This document shows positions 1 to 8,922 of a stretch of 64,000 bases of DNA, piece after piece (position 1 is the first letter of the stretch; each line of letters opens with the position of its first letter). Both the position numbers and the translations under genes were made by a program. The stretch is from positions 117,972-181,971 of the forward strand of contig JBMNKK010000001.1 in NCBI GenBank assembly GCA_050952125.1. The letters are read 5' to 3'. The stretch comes from Bacillota bacterium (GTDB lineage Bacteria > Bacillota > Sulfobacillia > Fermentithermobacillales > Fermentithermobacillaceae). The notes below the pieces were generated by a model, which was not told where the DNA came from, did not search any database, and worked only from the letters and a program-made list of their open reading frames with translations.

Positions 1-1
1 G

Positions 2-135
2 TGCGATCATCATGATGAGGATTGCGCCGCGCCGGAGAACGTGATCTACGTGATTCTCACCAACTGCGTCACCATCAACAACGCGGCCTGTGAGGAGTGG
101 GAGTTCTGCCCAAGCAGGAGCAGATGCCCCAACTA
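2..135 (+). CDS. C-terminal fragment (44 codons to the stop at 133-135) of a Cys-rich small protein. The N-terminus lies outside the window.
   Basis: Frame 2 reads without stops from the window edge to TAG at 133-135: CDHHDEDCAAPENVIYVILTNCVTINNAACEEWEFCPSRSRCPN, 6 Cys in 44 residues. A strong hairpin terminator follows. Confidence 0.25.
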
Positions 136-136
136 G

Positions 137-183
137 AAAACCGAAGCCGAAAATCGTGGGGAGCTCCTGTACGGGAGCTCCCC
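137..183. terminator. Bidirectional intrinsic-terminator-like hairpin
   Basis: Perfect inverted repeat ggggagctcc-tgtac-gggagctcccc at 158-183. On the minus strand it is followed by a T-rich tract (complement of aaaaccgaagccgaaaatcgt at 136-157). Confidence 0.5.
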
Positions 184-965
184 ACGGTTATTGCAGGGCC
201 ATCCGGCCTTGCCCTCATCGTCGAAACAAGCGAACTAGATCGGTCATAACCAGGTAGAGGCCCTTTCTGCCCTCACCGGGCTCGCCTTCCGCCATCCCCG
301 CTTCGAAACCTTTCCTAAGAGCCGCCTCTATCCGTCGCGACGCCAGGTTTCCGGGATTCCTGGGAACCTGGATGACAACGTAGGTGCTTGAACACCCGCC
401 AGGGCGGCGTCTGACGGTCCAGGTGCGTACCCTTCCCAACGGTGGAACAAATCCGAGGTTTAGCGCCGAGAACGCCAGTCTGCGCCTCCGGCGCCTTGAG
501 CGCCTCATGGATGAACGCAGCCAATCGGCCATGCCCTGAAACAGGTGTCTCAGCCTAGACCCTGGCGTGAGGCGCGGGTCAAGGGCAGGGCTTTCTTGTC
601 CGGCGGCGTGCCGGGATCGCCTCCCCCATCCAGACTGGCGCCGTCTCTCTCGACGGCCAGCATGTGAACCGTGCGCGATTCCAAAAAACAGGTAGATCCC
701 TCCTCTCTCCGCAAGACAAGTGCCTCAATCGATAGAACCCTCGTCAACACGTTATGTTAAGGGTTGGCGCAAAGCTACACTTTTGCTTGACGGCACGGTG
801 TCGAAAGGTGTAGCATTTTCCCTTGGAAAACACTCTTTAAGGCTGGTCCAGCGAGTCCAGTAAGGGTAGTAAAAATCGCGAGTCAGACTACTTCTTGCTG
901 GCAGGCAAGAAGTTTTTCGTTGCCTGCCGCCTGCTTGGACGGGCCGACCCAAGGAGGTCAATGAA

Positions 966-2288
966 GTGCCCAAGGACCAAGACAAGGTTATCGGTTACCT
1001 TCCCGACGACACCCCACCCTTCGGCAAGATGCTCATCTTCGCTCTGCAGCAAGTCATCGTGATGTTCCCGGCAACGGTACTGGTCGCGATCATAACCGGC
1101 TTCGACGTAGGGGTTACCATCGCGGCTAGCGGTCTGGCTACCCTCGGCTTTCTGCTCATAACCGGCCGCCGCATTCCCCTGTACTACGGCTCGAGTTTTT
1201 CTTACATCGCGGCAGTGTCCGGAGTGAGCGCCATGGTCGCAGCCGCAACCGGTGACCAAGTCGCCGGCATCCGTGCTGCCCAAACCGGCATCATAACGTC
1301 AGGTTTGGTGAGCATTGTAGCCGGCCTCCTAATACGGAAAGGCGGCCCCGACATTGTAAGGCGCGTCCTCCCTCCCTCAGTGACAGGTCCGGTAGCCATC
1401 ATTATCGGACTCTCGCTGGCGTCAGCCGCCATGAGCGACGCCAGCCTCAACTGGACTATCGCAGGCGCAACGCTCATATTCACAATCCTTTTCTCGGTTT
1501 ATTTGAAGGGAACACTTGGCCAGCTCCCAATCCTCTTTGGAGTCATCGCGGGATATGTGGTAGCTCTCCTTATGGGACAAGTCGACATGACCCCGCTCAC
1601 AACCGCCAAACTCTTCGCGGTGCCCCGCTTCACTTTACCGGCATTCAACTCATACGGGCTTATGGCGGTTGGAGCGATCACCCCTGTCGCCATAGCGACT
1701 ATTCCGGAGTCGACAGCCCACCTCTTGCAGATTGACCTTTACGTCAACAACCTCGCCAAGCGGCTCGGCAGAAAGAAGGAGTACAAGATCGGGTCGCTTC
1801 TGGGAGACAACCTGATCGGCGACGGCGTCGGCGATATGATAGCCGGCCTCATAGGCGGCCCGGCCGGCACCAACTACGGCGAAAACAACTCCCTTATGGC
1901 GATTACCCGCAACTTCTCGGTTCCGGTCCTCATGACCGCAGCGATAATCGCGATAGTGATGGGCTTCTTCGGACACATAGCGGGGCTCGTCAACACCATT
2001 CCGAGAGCCGTCATTGGAGGCGTATCCGTGTACCTCTTCGGAGTCATCGGAGCACAAGGCGTAGCCCTTATGATTTCGGAAAAGCTCGACCTGTTCTCGT
2101 CCAAGAACCTTGCTATCGTGGCTACCATCCTCATCATCGGCCTTGGCGGAGCCGCGATGCCCAACGGCATGATCGAACTCGGTTCCTTGAAACTGCCGGC
2201 AATAGCCACCGCCGCCGTTTTCGGAATCATCCTGAACCTTATCTTCGAGTTCTTCCCCAGCGAAAGAGCGTCTTCAGAGGAAGAATAG
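966..2288 (+). CDS. NCS2-family nucleobase:cation symporter (uracil/xanthine permease-like)
   Basis: 440 aa polytopic membrane protein with NCS2-like glycine-rich helices. GTG start, with RBS AAGGAGG 8 nt upstream. Confidence 0.8.
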   Translation: MPKDQDKVIGYLPDDTPPFGKMLIFALQQVIVMFPATVLVAIITGFDVGVTIAASGLATLGFLLITGRRIPLYYGSSFSYIAAVSGVSAMVAAATGDQVAGIRAAQTGIITSGLVSIVAGLLIRKGGPDIVRRVLPPSVTGPVAIIIGLSLASAAMSDASLNWTIAGATLIFTILFSVYLKGTLGQLPILFGVIAGYVVALLMGQVDMTPLTTAKLFAVPRFTLPAFNSYGLMAVGAITPVAIATIPESTAHLLQIDLYVNNLAKRLGRKKEYKIGSLLGDNLIGDGVGDMIAGLIGGPAGTNYGENNSLMAITRNFSVPVLMTAAIIAIVMGFFGHIAGLVNTIPRAVIGGVSVYLFGVIGAQGVALMISEKLDLFSSKNLAIVATILIIGLGGAAMPNGMIELGSLKLPAIATAAVFGIILNLIFEFFPSERASSEEE

Positions 2289-2484
2289 CTGCAATAACAA
2301 TAGGCAAGCCCACAACGAATCCGGGCCGGAGCGGGGATCTCCTGCCCGGACTTCTCTTGGAGCCGGAGTCTTCGCCTCTCCCTTCGGCGCAAAAAGAGGA
2401 TCAAATCTGTCCATTCTAGAATGCTGTATGCAATAAGCCGTGCGTTGCCCGTGAATTGCTGGTATACACAGGGAGGAATCTTTA

Positions 2485-3168
2485 GTGGCCGACCTGCTTC
2501 ACATTCCCAAAGAGGAACAGCTCTCGCTTAAGGAACGTGTCTACCATAGACTCAAGAAAGCAATTGTCGAAGGGGTGTTCCCGGCAGGCTCCAAACTGGT
2601 CGAGAGCGACCTGGCTGAAAGGCTGCAGGTCTCGCGGACTCCCGTGAGGGAAGCTCTACAGGTCCTAGCCAGAGAAGGCCTGGTTACCATACTTCCCCGC
2701 AGAGGCGTTATAGTCGAATCGCTCACTATGCGGGATGTCGAAGATGTTTTCTTAATGAGGGAAGTCCTGGAGGGGCTGGCTGCAGCACTCTCGGCTCAGA
2801 GAATTTCAAGCGCGGAACTCAAGGAGCTACGTGAAGCATGGGCCATGTCATGCGAAGCTAAGAAAACCGGAGACTTCGAAAAAGCAATCGAAGCCAACAC
2901 CGTGTTCCATTCGGCCATCTGTAAGGCAGCCAAGAGTGACCGGCTGACGCAACTTCTCGGGATGGTCCTCGACCAGATAGCAACCTACAGAAACATTACA
3001 CTTACAGATACCGGCCGCCGAAACAATGCTTTCGATGAACATGCCAGGATTCTGTCTGCAATCGAAGAGGGCGATCCTGAGGCAGCCGAAAACCAGATGA
3101 GGATCCACATCTCAAACGCTAGGGAAATGTGCCTAACAGTCCTCAAGGAACAAAGCGCCAAGAAGTAG
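2485..3168 (+). CDS. GntR-family transcriptional regulator (FadR/FCD subfamily)
   Basis: N-terminal winged HTH (VYHRLKKAIVEG...LVESDLAERLQVSRTPVREAL) plus a C-terminal all-helical FCD-like domain. GTG start with AGGGAGG RBS. Confidence 0.85.
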   Translation: MADLLHIPKEEQLSLKERVYHRLKKAIVEGVFPAGSKLVESDLAERLQVSRTPVREALQVLAREGLVTILPRRGVIVESLTMRDVEDVFLMREVLEGLAAALSAQRISSAELKELREAWAMSCEAKKTGDFEKAIEANTVFHSAICKAAKSDRLTQLLGMVLDQIATYRNITLTDTGRRNNAFDEHARILSAIEEGDPEAAENQMRIHISNAREMCLTVLKEQSAKK

Positions 3169-3188
3169 CGGCCGAGCTTTTGAAGAGC

Positions 3189-3220
3189 GAGAGCGGCGAT
3201 GGTGTCGCCGCTCTTTTCTC
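3189..3220 (+). terminator. Rho-independent terminator downstream of the GntR gene
   Basis: gagcggcga-tggtg-tcgccgctc hairpin followed by ttttctc. Confidence 0.6.
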
Positions 3221-3423
3221 ATCCGTCTTGCACTTCCCATACAACACACATTTGCCTCCCACAGCCCACCCCGGAGTCTCTCAATTGCGCCATACTCAGT
3301 AGATTCTGTGATTAGTTGCACTGCACGAAAGGAAAAAGAGGGATCTCACAGTTTTCGTAGAACCCACAGAAGGTTGTGATATGTGGGATACAACATGCAT
3401 GTTCTCGGAAGGAGGCCCCTACA

Positions 3424-4605
3424 ATGCTGCCGGAAAACGTCAAGACAACACTCCGGGAGGAACTGGAAAACCTTAGGCCTGATTTTGTCGCGATGGCTAA
3501 GGAGATGTGGGACAACCCCGAACACGCGCTCCGCGAGTTCAAGGCTGCCAATCTCATCTGCGACACTCTGGCCAAGGCCGGCTTCAAAGTCGAAAAGCCG
3601 GTCGGCGGGCTTGAGACAGCCTTTATCGCCTCGCACGGCGACGAGGACTCTCCCCGGGTCGCCCTGTTGGCGGAGTACGATGCCACACCCGGTTTCGGAC
3701 ACGCTTGCGGCCATAACCTCATCGCCTCTACCGCGGTCGCTGCGGCTAGAGCGCTCGCCAAGATGGGACACCCCGGACAACTGCTCGTTGTAGGATGCCC
3801 GGGAGAGGAAGGCGGCGGAGGCAAGATATTCCTCACAGAGAGCGGCTGCTTCGACGGAATTGACGCAGCCATATACCTCCACCCCTTCTATCTGACCAGG
3901 ATTGGCGGCCGTACTGCTGCGACGATAAACGTGGAACTTAAGTTCACGGGGCGCCCGGCTCATGCCGGAAGGGCGCCTCACACAGGCATCAACGCTCTAG
4001 CTGCGCTTACGGGCACATTCACGCTGCTAGGCCTTCTTAACCAGCAGCTCCCCCCTGACATCCGCTACAACTGGGTAGTGAGCGAAGGTGGGCGAGGCAC
4101 AGGAATAGTACCGGATATCGCTGCAGCCAAAGTAGGTCTCAGAGGGTCATCACACAGACAGGTAGAGTCGCTCTTCAAACACCTTGAAAACTGCGCCAAG
4201 GGAGCATCCATCGCGACCGGCGCGGAGCTCGAGATTAAGAAGGGACTTTCCTATATGCCGCGGCTCACAAACCCCGTCATCGCCAAGGTGATGGAGGATT
4301 ACCTCAAGGAAGCCGGTTTCGAGTGCGATCCCATGCCCGAGCAGGAGTTCGGTAGCACGGACGTGGGTCACGTCAGCATGCGCGTCCCTACGGTTGAAGG
4401 TTACGTCCAGATCTGCGATCGCGACATCCCCAACCACACCAAAGGCTTTGAGGAGGCCGCCAACTCCGAGAGAGGGTTTGAGGCCATGCTCAAAGGCGCG
4501 TGGGCTCTCGCCTGCACGGCGCTGACACTCTTGACCGACGCTTCGCTGGTAGAAGGTGCGTGGGAGAAACAGCGCGAGGGGGTGAAAGCGCGAGAATCCG
4601 AGTGA
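3424..4605 (+). CDS. M20D-family amidohydrolase (N-acyl-amino-acid / hippurate hydrolase-like), M20-1
   Basis: Contains the GHACGHN metal-binding motif typical of M20D amidohydrolases. Start refined to the ATG at 3424, preceded by GGAAGGAGG. The ORF track extends it to 3376. Confidence 0.8.
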   Translation: MLPENVKTTLREELENLRPDFVAMAKEMWDNPEHALREFKAANLICDTLAKAGFKVEKPVGGLETAFIASHGDEDSPRVALLAEYDATPGFGHACGHNLIASTAVAAARALAKMGHPGQLLVVGCPGEEGGGGKIFLTESGCFDGIDAAIYLHPFYLTRIGGRTAATINVELKFTGRPAHAGRAPHTGINALAALTGTFTLLGLLNQQLPPDIRYNWVVSEGGRGTGIVPDIAAAKVGLRGSSHRQVESLFKHLENCAKGASIATGAELEIKKGLSYMPRLTNPVIAKVMEDYLKEAGFECDPMPEQEFGSTDVGHVSMRVPTVEGYVQICDRDIPNHTKGFEEAANSERGFEAMLKGAWALACTALTLLTDASLVEGAWEKQREGVKARESE

Positions 4606-4646
4606 TCCTTAAGAGTTCTTAGGCTGGACAACAAGGAGGGAAAACG

Positions 4647-5405
4647 GTGACTAAGGGTGTTGCTTCACAGTTCGTGTTTCTGGTTCTGTTCGCACTAGCG
4701 ATCCTGTACTACCTGAACGAAGCCAAGAAGGGAAGGAAGATGTGGCTTCGCAAAATCCCTGCTCTTGACGCCGTTGAGGAAGCTATCGGCAGGGCGGCGG
4801 AAATGGGTAAGCCGGTTCTCTACACACCGGGTCTTGACGCCGTCGAGTTTCCGGAGACCCTGGCAGGACTATCGTTCCTCCCGTACGTGGCTAAGCTGAC
4901 GGCTCGCTACAACGTGCGGTTGATCGAGGCTCAGAGAGACCAGGTCGTTTATTCCATTGCAGAAGAAAGCATCCGGCAGACTTACGCTTCAGAAGGAAAG
5001 ATCGATCAGTTCAACCCCACCGACGTAAGGGTCTTCCCGGATAGATACGGATACATATCCGGAATGATCGGCATCATCGACCAAGAGGAAGTAGCCGTAA
5101 ACCTCATGGTGGGGCTCTTCCGTGCTGAAGCCCTCATCTTCGCAGAGGCAGGCAACAGGGCTGGCGCTCTGCAGATCGCGGCGTCAGCCGACCAGCAGAT
5201 CCCCTTCTTCGTGGCCGTTTGCGACTACACCATGATCGGTGAAGAGCTTTATGCGGCAAGCGCCTACGTAAGCGATGACGAGCGGCAGAAGGGAATCATC
5301 CTCGCTCAGGACCTCGGCAAATGGCTCATCTCAGGGATCATCCTGATCGGCGCGGTCCTCGAAACATGCGGGGTCGATAGCTTCACTAACCTCATGAAGA
5401 TGTAG
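4647..5405 (+). CDS. Uncharacterised bitopic membrane protein A1 (paralog of 13687..14460)
   Basis: N- and C-terminal TM helices flank a roughly 200 aa soluble domain. Shares QIPFFVAVCDY and KIPALDAVEEAIGRA motifs with A2. GTG start, RBS AAGGAGGG. Confidence 0.75.
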   Translation: MTKGVASQFVFLVLFALAILYYLNEAKKGRKMWLRKIPALDAVEEAIGRAAEMGKPVLYTPGLDAVEFPETLAGLSFLPYVAKLTARYNVRLIEAQRDQVVYSIAEESIRQTYASEGKIDQFNPTDVRVFPDRYGYISGMIGIIDQEEVAVNLMVGLFRAEALIFAEAGNRAGALQIAASADQQIPFFVAVCDYTMIGEELYAASAYVSDDERQKGIILAQDLGKWLISGIILIGAVLETCGVDSFTNLMKM

Positions 5406-5424
5406 GCGAAAGGAGGAGTCGACG

Positions 5425-6042
5425 TTGAAAACACAAGGCCCAGTAGCAGTAACTTTCGTCTCAGGGCTTATCATGCTGATTAGTTTCTACTTCGGCATTC
5501 TAGGCCAATGGGAGAGCGCGCTTTATTCCTGGTCGGTAATCGTCGCGGGATTTGCAGCCCTCCTCGGTATCGCCAACCTCACGAAGTTGCACGTTACCAG
5601 GATTCAGCGGCGCAAAGAGTCATTCCTGAGCTACACGCTCCTAGTCGTCATGTGGGGAATCATGATTTATGGGTTCATCAATACTCAGAACGCTCCCCTC
5701 TACACTGACCTGTTCGAGGCACTCTACACGCCCGTCGGCACAACAACCATGTCGCTTCTGGCGTTCTTCATCTTTTCAGCCGCGTACCGAGCCTTCAGGC
5801 CCAGATCCCTAGAAGCCACGATAATGCTCATCTGTAGCTTCGTGACTATTCTCGGCAGGGCCCCCGCGGGCGCTCTTATCTGGAAAGGGTTCCCTGTTGT
5901 CACTGAGTGGCTGGTATCGGTACCCGCCAACGCGGGCTCAAGGGGCATCATGCTGGCCGCGGCCCTGGGAGGCGTCTCAATGTCTCTTAGGGTGCTCTTG
6001 GGCATAGAACGCAGACACTTCGGCGGAGGTTCCGCCAGCTAG
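5425..6042 (+). CDS. Uncharacterised polytopic membrane protein B1 (paralog of 14478..15095)
   Basis: 205 aa with about 6 TM segments. Conserved C-terminal RGIMLAAALGGVSMSLRVLLG matches RGIMIGSAIGAVSVSLRVILG in B2. TTG start, RBS AGGAGG. Confidence 0.7.
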   Translation: MKTQGPVAVTFVSGLIMLISFYFGILGQWESALYSWSVIVAGFAALLGIANLTKLHVTRIQRRKESFLSYTLLVVMWGIMIYGFINTQNAPLYTDLFEALYTPVGTTTMSLLAFFIFSAAYRAFRPRSLEATIMLICSFVTILGRAPAGALIWKGFPVVTEWLVSVPANAGSRGIMLAAALGGVSMSLRVLLGIERRHFGGGSAS

Positions 6043-6061
6043 GTTAAGGAGGGAGACCGCA

Positions 6062-6889
6062 GTGAAAAAAGGGAGCAACATTGACAGGATCGTGATGTAC
6101 CTGCTCCTGTTCGTCGTGATGGCGGTACCGCTTATAAAGCCCATGGGGATCCCCCTTGAGATAAGCCCGGAAACCCAGGCCGCCTACGACTTCATCGAGT
6201 CAATACCTGAAGGCTCGACGGTTTGGATCGACTTTGCCTACCGGCCTGCTACAGCGCCTGAAAGCCTGTCGCAGTCGTATGCCGTCTGCCATCAGCTATT
6301 CAAAAAGAACTTCAAGGTAATCTTCTTTTACTGCATACCTGAAGCGAGCCCCTACGTTGTTGAGGTAACGGAGAAACTCTCCAAGGAGTACAACAAGGAG
6401 TACGGCGTAGACTACGTCAACTTGGGATACAAGCCCAACCTTGACTCCGCCCTAAACGGCATGGCGAGAAACTTCGCCGAGATTTTCCCCACCGATGTGG
6501 ATGGCACGCCAACATCGAGCCTGCCCATTACCAAGAACATCAAGGGCGTAGATGACATAGCCATGTTCTTTGTGGTCCACACCGGCTCTCCGGGAGTAGA
6601 CAGCTACTTCCAGCAAATCGAGGGGCAGTTCAAGAAGCCTATTGTTGCTTCAATGACGGCCATCAACGGCCCGACTCTGTATCCCCGTTTCGAAGCCGGT
6701 CAGCTGAAGGGCATGATCGTCGGCCTTAGAGGCTCTGCCGAGTACGAGCTCTTGGTCAAGGAACCTGGCAGCGCCATCTCCGGAATGGACGCGCAGTCGC
6801 TTGGACACCTGCTCATCGCGGCATCCATCGTAATCGGAACCATTCAGTTCCTAGTCAAGAAGAGCAAGGGAGGTGAAGCGGATGCCTAA
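6062..6889 (+). CDS. Uncharacterised bitopic membrane protein C1 (paralog of 15088..15936)
   Basis: N-terminal TM, soluble domain, C-terminal TM. SSLPITKNIKG / SSLPIMKGING conserved with C2. GTG start, RBS AAGGAGGGAG. Confidence 0.7.
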   Translation: MKKGSNIDRIVMYLLLFVVMAVPLIKPMGIPLEISPETQAAYDFIESIPEGSTVWIDFAYRPATAPESLSQSYAVCHQLFKKNFKVIFFYCIPEASPYVVEVTEKLSKEYNKEYGVDYVNLGYKPNLDSALNGMARNFAEIFPTDVDGTPTSSLPITKNIKGVDDIAMFFVVHTGSPGVDSYFQQIEGQFKKPIVASMTAINGPTLYPRFEAGQLKGMIVGLRGSAEYELLVKEPGSAISGMDAQSLGHLLIAASIVIGTIQFLVKKSKGGEADA

Positions 6890-7487
6890 GGGACTTATCC
6901 TGGCGTCCGGCGTGTTCCTCACTCTGGCGGTGTGGAGCTTCCTATGGAAGATCAACCCCGTATACCGGTTTGCAGAGCACGTGTTTGTAGGCTTTGGCGC
7001 CGCGCACTTTGCCGTAGTGGTTTACCACGGAACCATCAAGCCTAACCTGTTGGCTCCGCTTAAGGAAGGGAACCTGCTCCTTATCATCCCGGGCATTCTA
7101 GGGCTTCTATACCTTATGAGGCTCTCTCCGAAAACTGCCTGGCTCAGCCGGTACCCTATGGCCCTTAACATGGGCGTCGCTGCAGGCGTCGGCATCAGGA
7201 GCGTTCTCCAGGGAACCTTGTTCCCGCAGATGCTGTCCATGTTCCAGCCCATGACCGACATAAACCAGGTCATCACAGTGGTGGGCGTCCTCTCCACCAT
7301 CTTCTACTTCTTCTTTGGATTCGAGGCCAAAGGCCCCGCAAAGGGAGTAAAGCATGTAGGACGCATAGTCATGATGATCTTCTTCGGAGCCATCTTCGGA
7401 AACACAGTCATGTCAAGGTTGTCTTACCTTCTTGGCAGGCTGCAGTTCATCTTTGGCGACGTCCTTCACTGGATACCCGGAACCTAG
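6873..7487 (+). CDS. Uncharacterised polytopic membrane protein D1 (paralog of 15938..16561)
   Basis: 204 aa with multiple TM helices. C-terminal LGRLQFIFGD matches IGRLQFLFGE in D2. Overlaps C1 by 17 nt, consistent with translational coupling. Confidence 0.7.
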   Translation: MKRMPKGLILASGVFLTLAVWSFLWKINPVYRFAEHVFVGFGAAHFAVVVYHGTIKPNLLAPLKEGNLLLIIPGILGLLYLMRLSPKTAWLSRYPMALNMGVAAGVGIRSVLQGTLFPQMLSMFQPMTDINQVITVVGVLSTIFYFFFGFEAKGPAKGVKHVGRIVMMIFFGAIFGNTVMSRLSYLLGRLQFIFGDVLHWIPGT

Positions 7488-7522
7488 AACTTAAGTTACG
7501 TCTATGCCAAGGGGTTGAACCT

Positions 7523-8257
7523 ATGAGAATCGATACCGAGAAATGCCGAGGCTGCGGTCTGTGCGTGCCGTTCTGTCCCGCCAACGCCATTACTTTGGCC
7601 GACAGAAAGGCTCGTATTGACGAGGATAAGTGCCTCGAGTGCGGCACGTGCCTGAGGAAAGGGGTTGTCCGCTGCCCCACGGGAGCTTTCTACGAGCCCC
7701 CGGGAGTCTATGAGCGTCCCCGCTCTATCAGGAAGTTCCTCAGCGATCCCGCCACGAACCACAAGGAGACCGGTATCCCCGGGCGCGGGACAGAGGAAGT
7801 TAAGACCAACGACGTGACCGGCCGTGTGAAGCGCGGCTTCGTCGGCATCGGGCTCGAGGTCGGGCGCCCTGCTCTGGGAGCCGATCTCACCGATATAGAG
7901 AAACTCACCATGAGCCTGGCCAAGTCGGGGCTCAACATCCACTGGGAGGAGGACAATCCGGTCACCCACCTGTTCAAGGATCCTGCGACCGGTACCCTGC
8001 TGGATGAATGCAAGGATCAGCGGGTTGTCTCGGCGATCATCGAGTTCGCTTTGCCCGTGAACGAACTCAGGCCTTGTCTGGACACGATCAAGGCAGCATC
8101 CAAAGAGATAAGCACAGTGTTCTCACTGTTTGTGATATCGAGGATGGACGAAGACGGGAACACCCCCCTTGTCTCCGAGCTGGAGGCATGGGGATACGAC
8201 GTGCGCCCCAATTCCAAGGTAAACTTGGGATTGGGCAGGCCACTGAGGGAGGAGTGA
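7523..8257 (+). CDS. 2x[4Fe-4S] ferredoxin-domain protein with a C-terminal domain of unknown function, Fd1 (paralog of 11360..12118)
   Basis: CRGCGLCVPFCP and CLECGTCLRKGVVRCP cluster motifs. Conserved TGIPGRGTEEVKTNDVTGR is shared with Fd2. Confidence 0.75.
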   Translation: MRIDTEKCRGCGLCVPFCPANAITLADRKARIDEDKCLECGTCLRKGVVRCPTGAFYEPPGVYERPRSIRKFLSDPATNHKETGIPGRGTEEVKTNDVTGRVKRGFVGIGLEVGRPALGADLTDIEKLTMSLAKSGLNIHWEEDNPVTHLFKDPATGTLLDECKDQRVVSAIIEFALPVNELRPCLDTIKAASKEISTVFSLFVISRMDEDGNTPLVSELEAWGYDVRPNSKVNLGLGRPLREE

Positions 8258-8264
8258 CGACGCC

Positions 8265-8918
8265 TTGACACACTCACTGCATAGGCGCGGGGCGCCGGAA
8301 ACACTGGAAAACGATTACGTGCTCTTGGTGACGCCCGCCGTTGGGATAAACCACGTAGGGTCTAAGGAGAAACTCCAGAAGATATTGGACGTGATCTGGG
8401 AAATAGGTCCGACCAACATCGGCTCCTACGAGGTAGGCACCATTTTCACAGGTTCAACCCTTGAAGAGATTAAGACAAGTCTCAGCGATAAACCGAGAGT
8501 ACGCTGCGCATTTGACAGCTGCGAGAAGATCACCGAGGTGGTCAGGAGAATCAAAGAGATGGATCTCGGCCTCTCGGTTACCGTGAGCGGCCTCACCGAC
8601 AAGGTGCAGGAAATGAGCAAGCGCCTGGGAATCGAGCCCAACTCGGTGAACCTCTCGCTGGGCATCATGGGAAGAACCGACCTTCTTCCTCCCGAATGGG
8701 TACTTGAGATCACCACAATGTGCGGGCACGGCATGATATCCGCATCTCTTGTGGAAAAGATGGTATCCGATCTCAAGAAGGGCAGAATCACACTGGACAA
8801 AGCGGCTGAAACACTGGCTAGGCCCTGTGTCTGTGGGATATTCAACGTAGCCAGAGCGAAAAAACTCCTCGCCGACCGCCTTGCCTGTGATGAGTCCTGC
8901 AAGGCGGAAGGAGAGTGA
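8265..8918 (+). CDS. Conserved Cys-rich protein of unknown function E1 (paralog of 10698..11315)
   Basis: MTHSLHR N-terminus. ITTMCGHGMIS and CVCGIFN motifs are conserved with E2. TTG start, RBS GAGGGAGGAG. Confidence 0.7.
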   Translation: MTHSLHRRGAPETLENDYVLLVTPAVGINHVGSKEKLQKILDVIWEIGPTNIGSYEVGTIFTGSTLEEIKTSLSDKPRVRCAFDSCEKITEVVRRIKEMDLGLSVTVSGLTDKVQEMSKRLGIEPNSVNLSLGIMGRTDLLPPEWVLEITTMCGHGMISASLVEKMVSDLKKGRITLDKAAETLARPCVCGIFNVARAKKLLADRLACDESCKAEGE

Positions 8919-8922
8919 CGCG

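Noticed and set aside
700-960. Purine (guanine/adenine) riboswitch upstream of the NCS2 permease
   Set aside because: I searched for the conserved J2/3 (GUUUCUACC) and P3-loop (CCGUAAAU) elements and the P1 UAUA...UAUG arrangement. Only weak partial resemblance (GUAAAAAUCGCGAGUCAGACUA) was found, with too little sequence for P2 and P3.
215-985. Three consecutive minus-strand ORFs (215..532, 550..750, 752..985) that might be a frameshifted pseudogene
   Set aside because: Their translations are Arg/Ser/Pro/Thr-rich with poly-Arg runs, which is typical of off-frame reading of GC-rich DNA. No RBS is present and no motif is recognisable. Treated as non-coding.
1650-2057. Antisense ORFs inside well-supported genes (for example 1650..2057 -, 26478..27248 -, 28477..29196 +, 31490..32206 +, 33158..34234 -, 55571..56266 +, 57915..58925 +)
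   Set aside because: These are shadow ORFs expected in 60% GC DNA. They lie opposite genes with strong homology and motifs, and have low-complexity compositions.
3376-3423. Upstream extension of the M20-1 ORF (MICGIQHACSRKEAPT...)
   Set aside because: There is no RBS before 3376. A strong GGAAGGAGG RBS precedes the ATG at 3424, and the extension would cover the AACATGCATGTT palindrome.
8881-8922. Longer GGT N-terminus (MPVMSPARRKESDAVNRS...) overlapping E1
   Set aside because: The in-frame GTG at 8923 has a properly spaced GGAAGGAGAG RBS and removes the overlap. The extension is Arg/Ser-rich.
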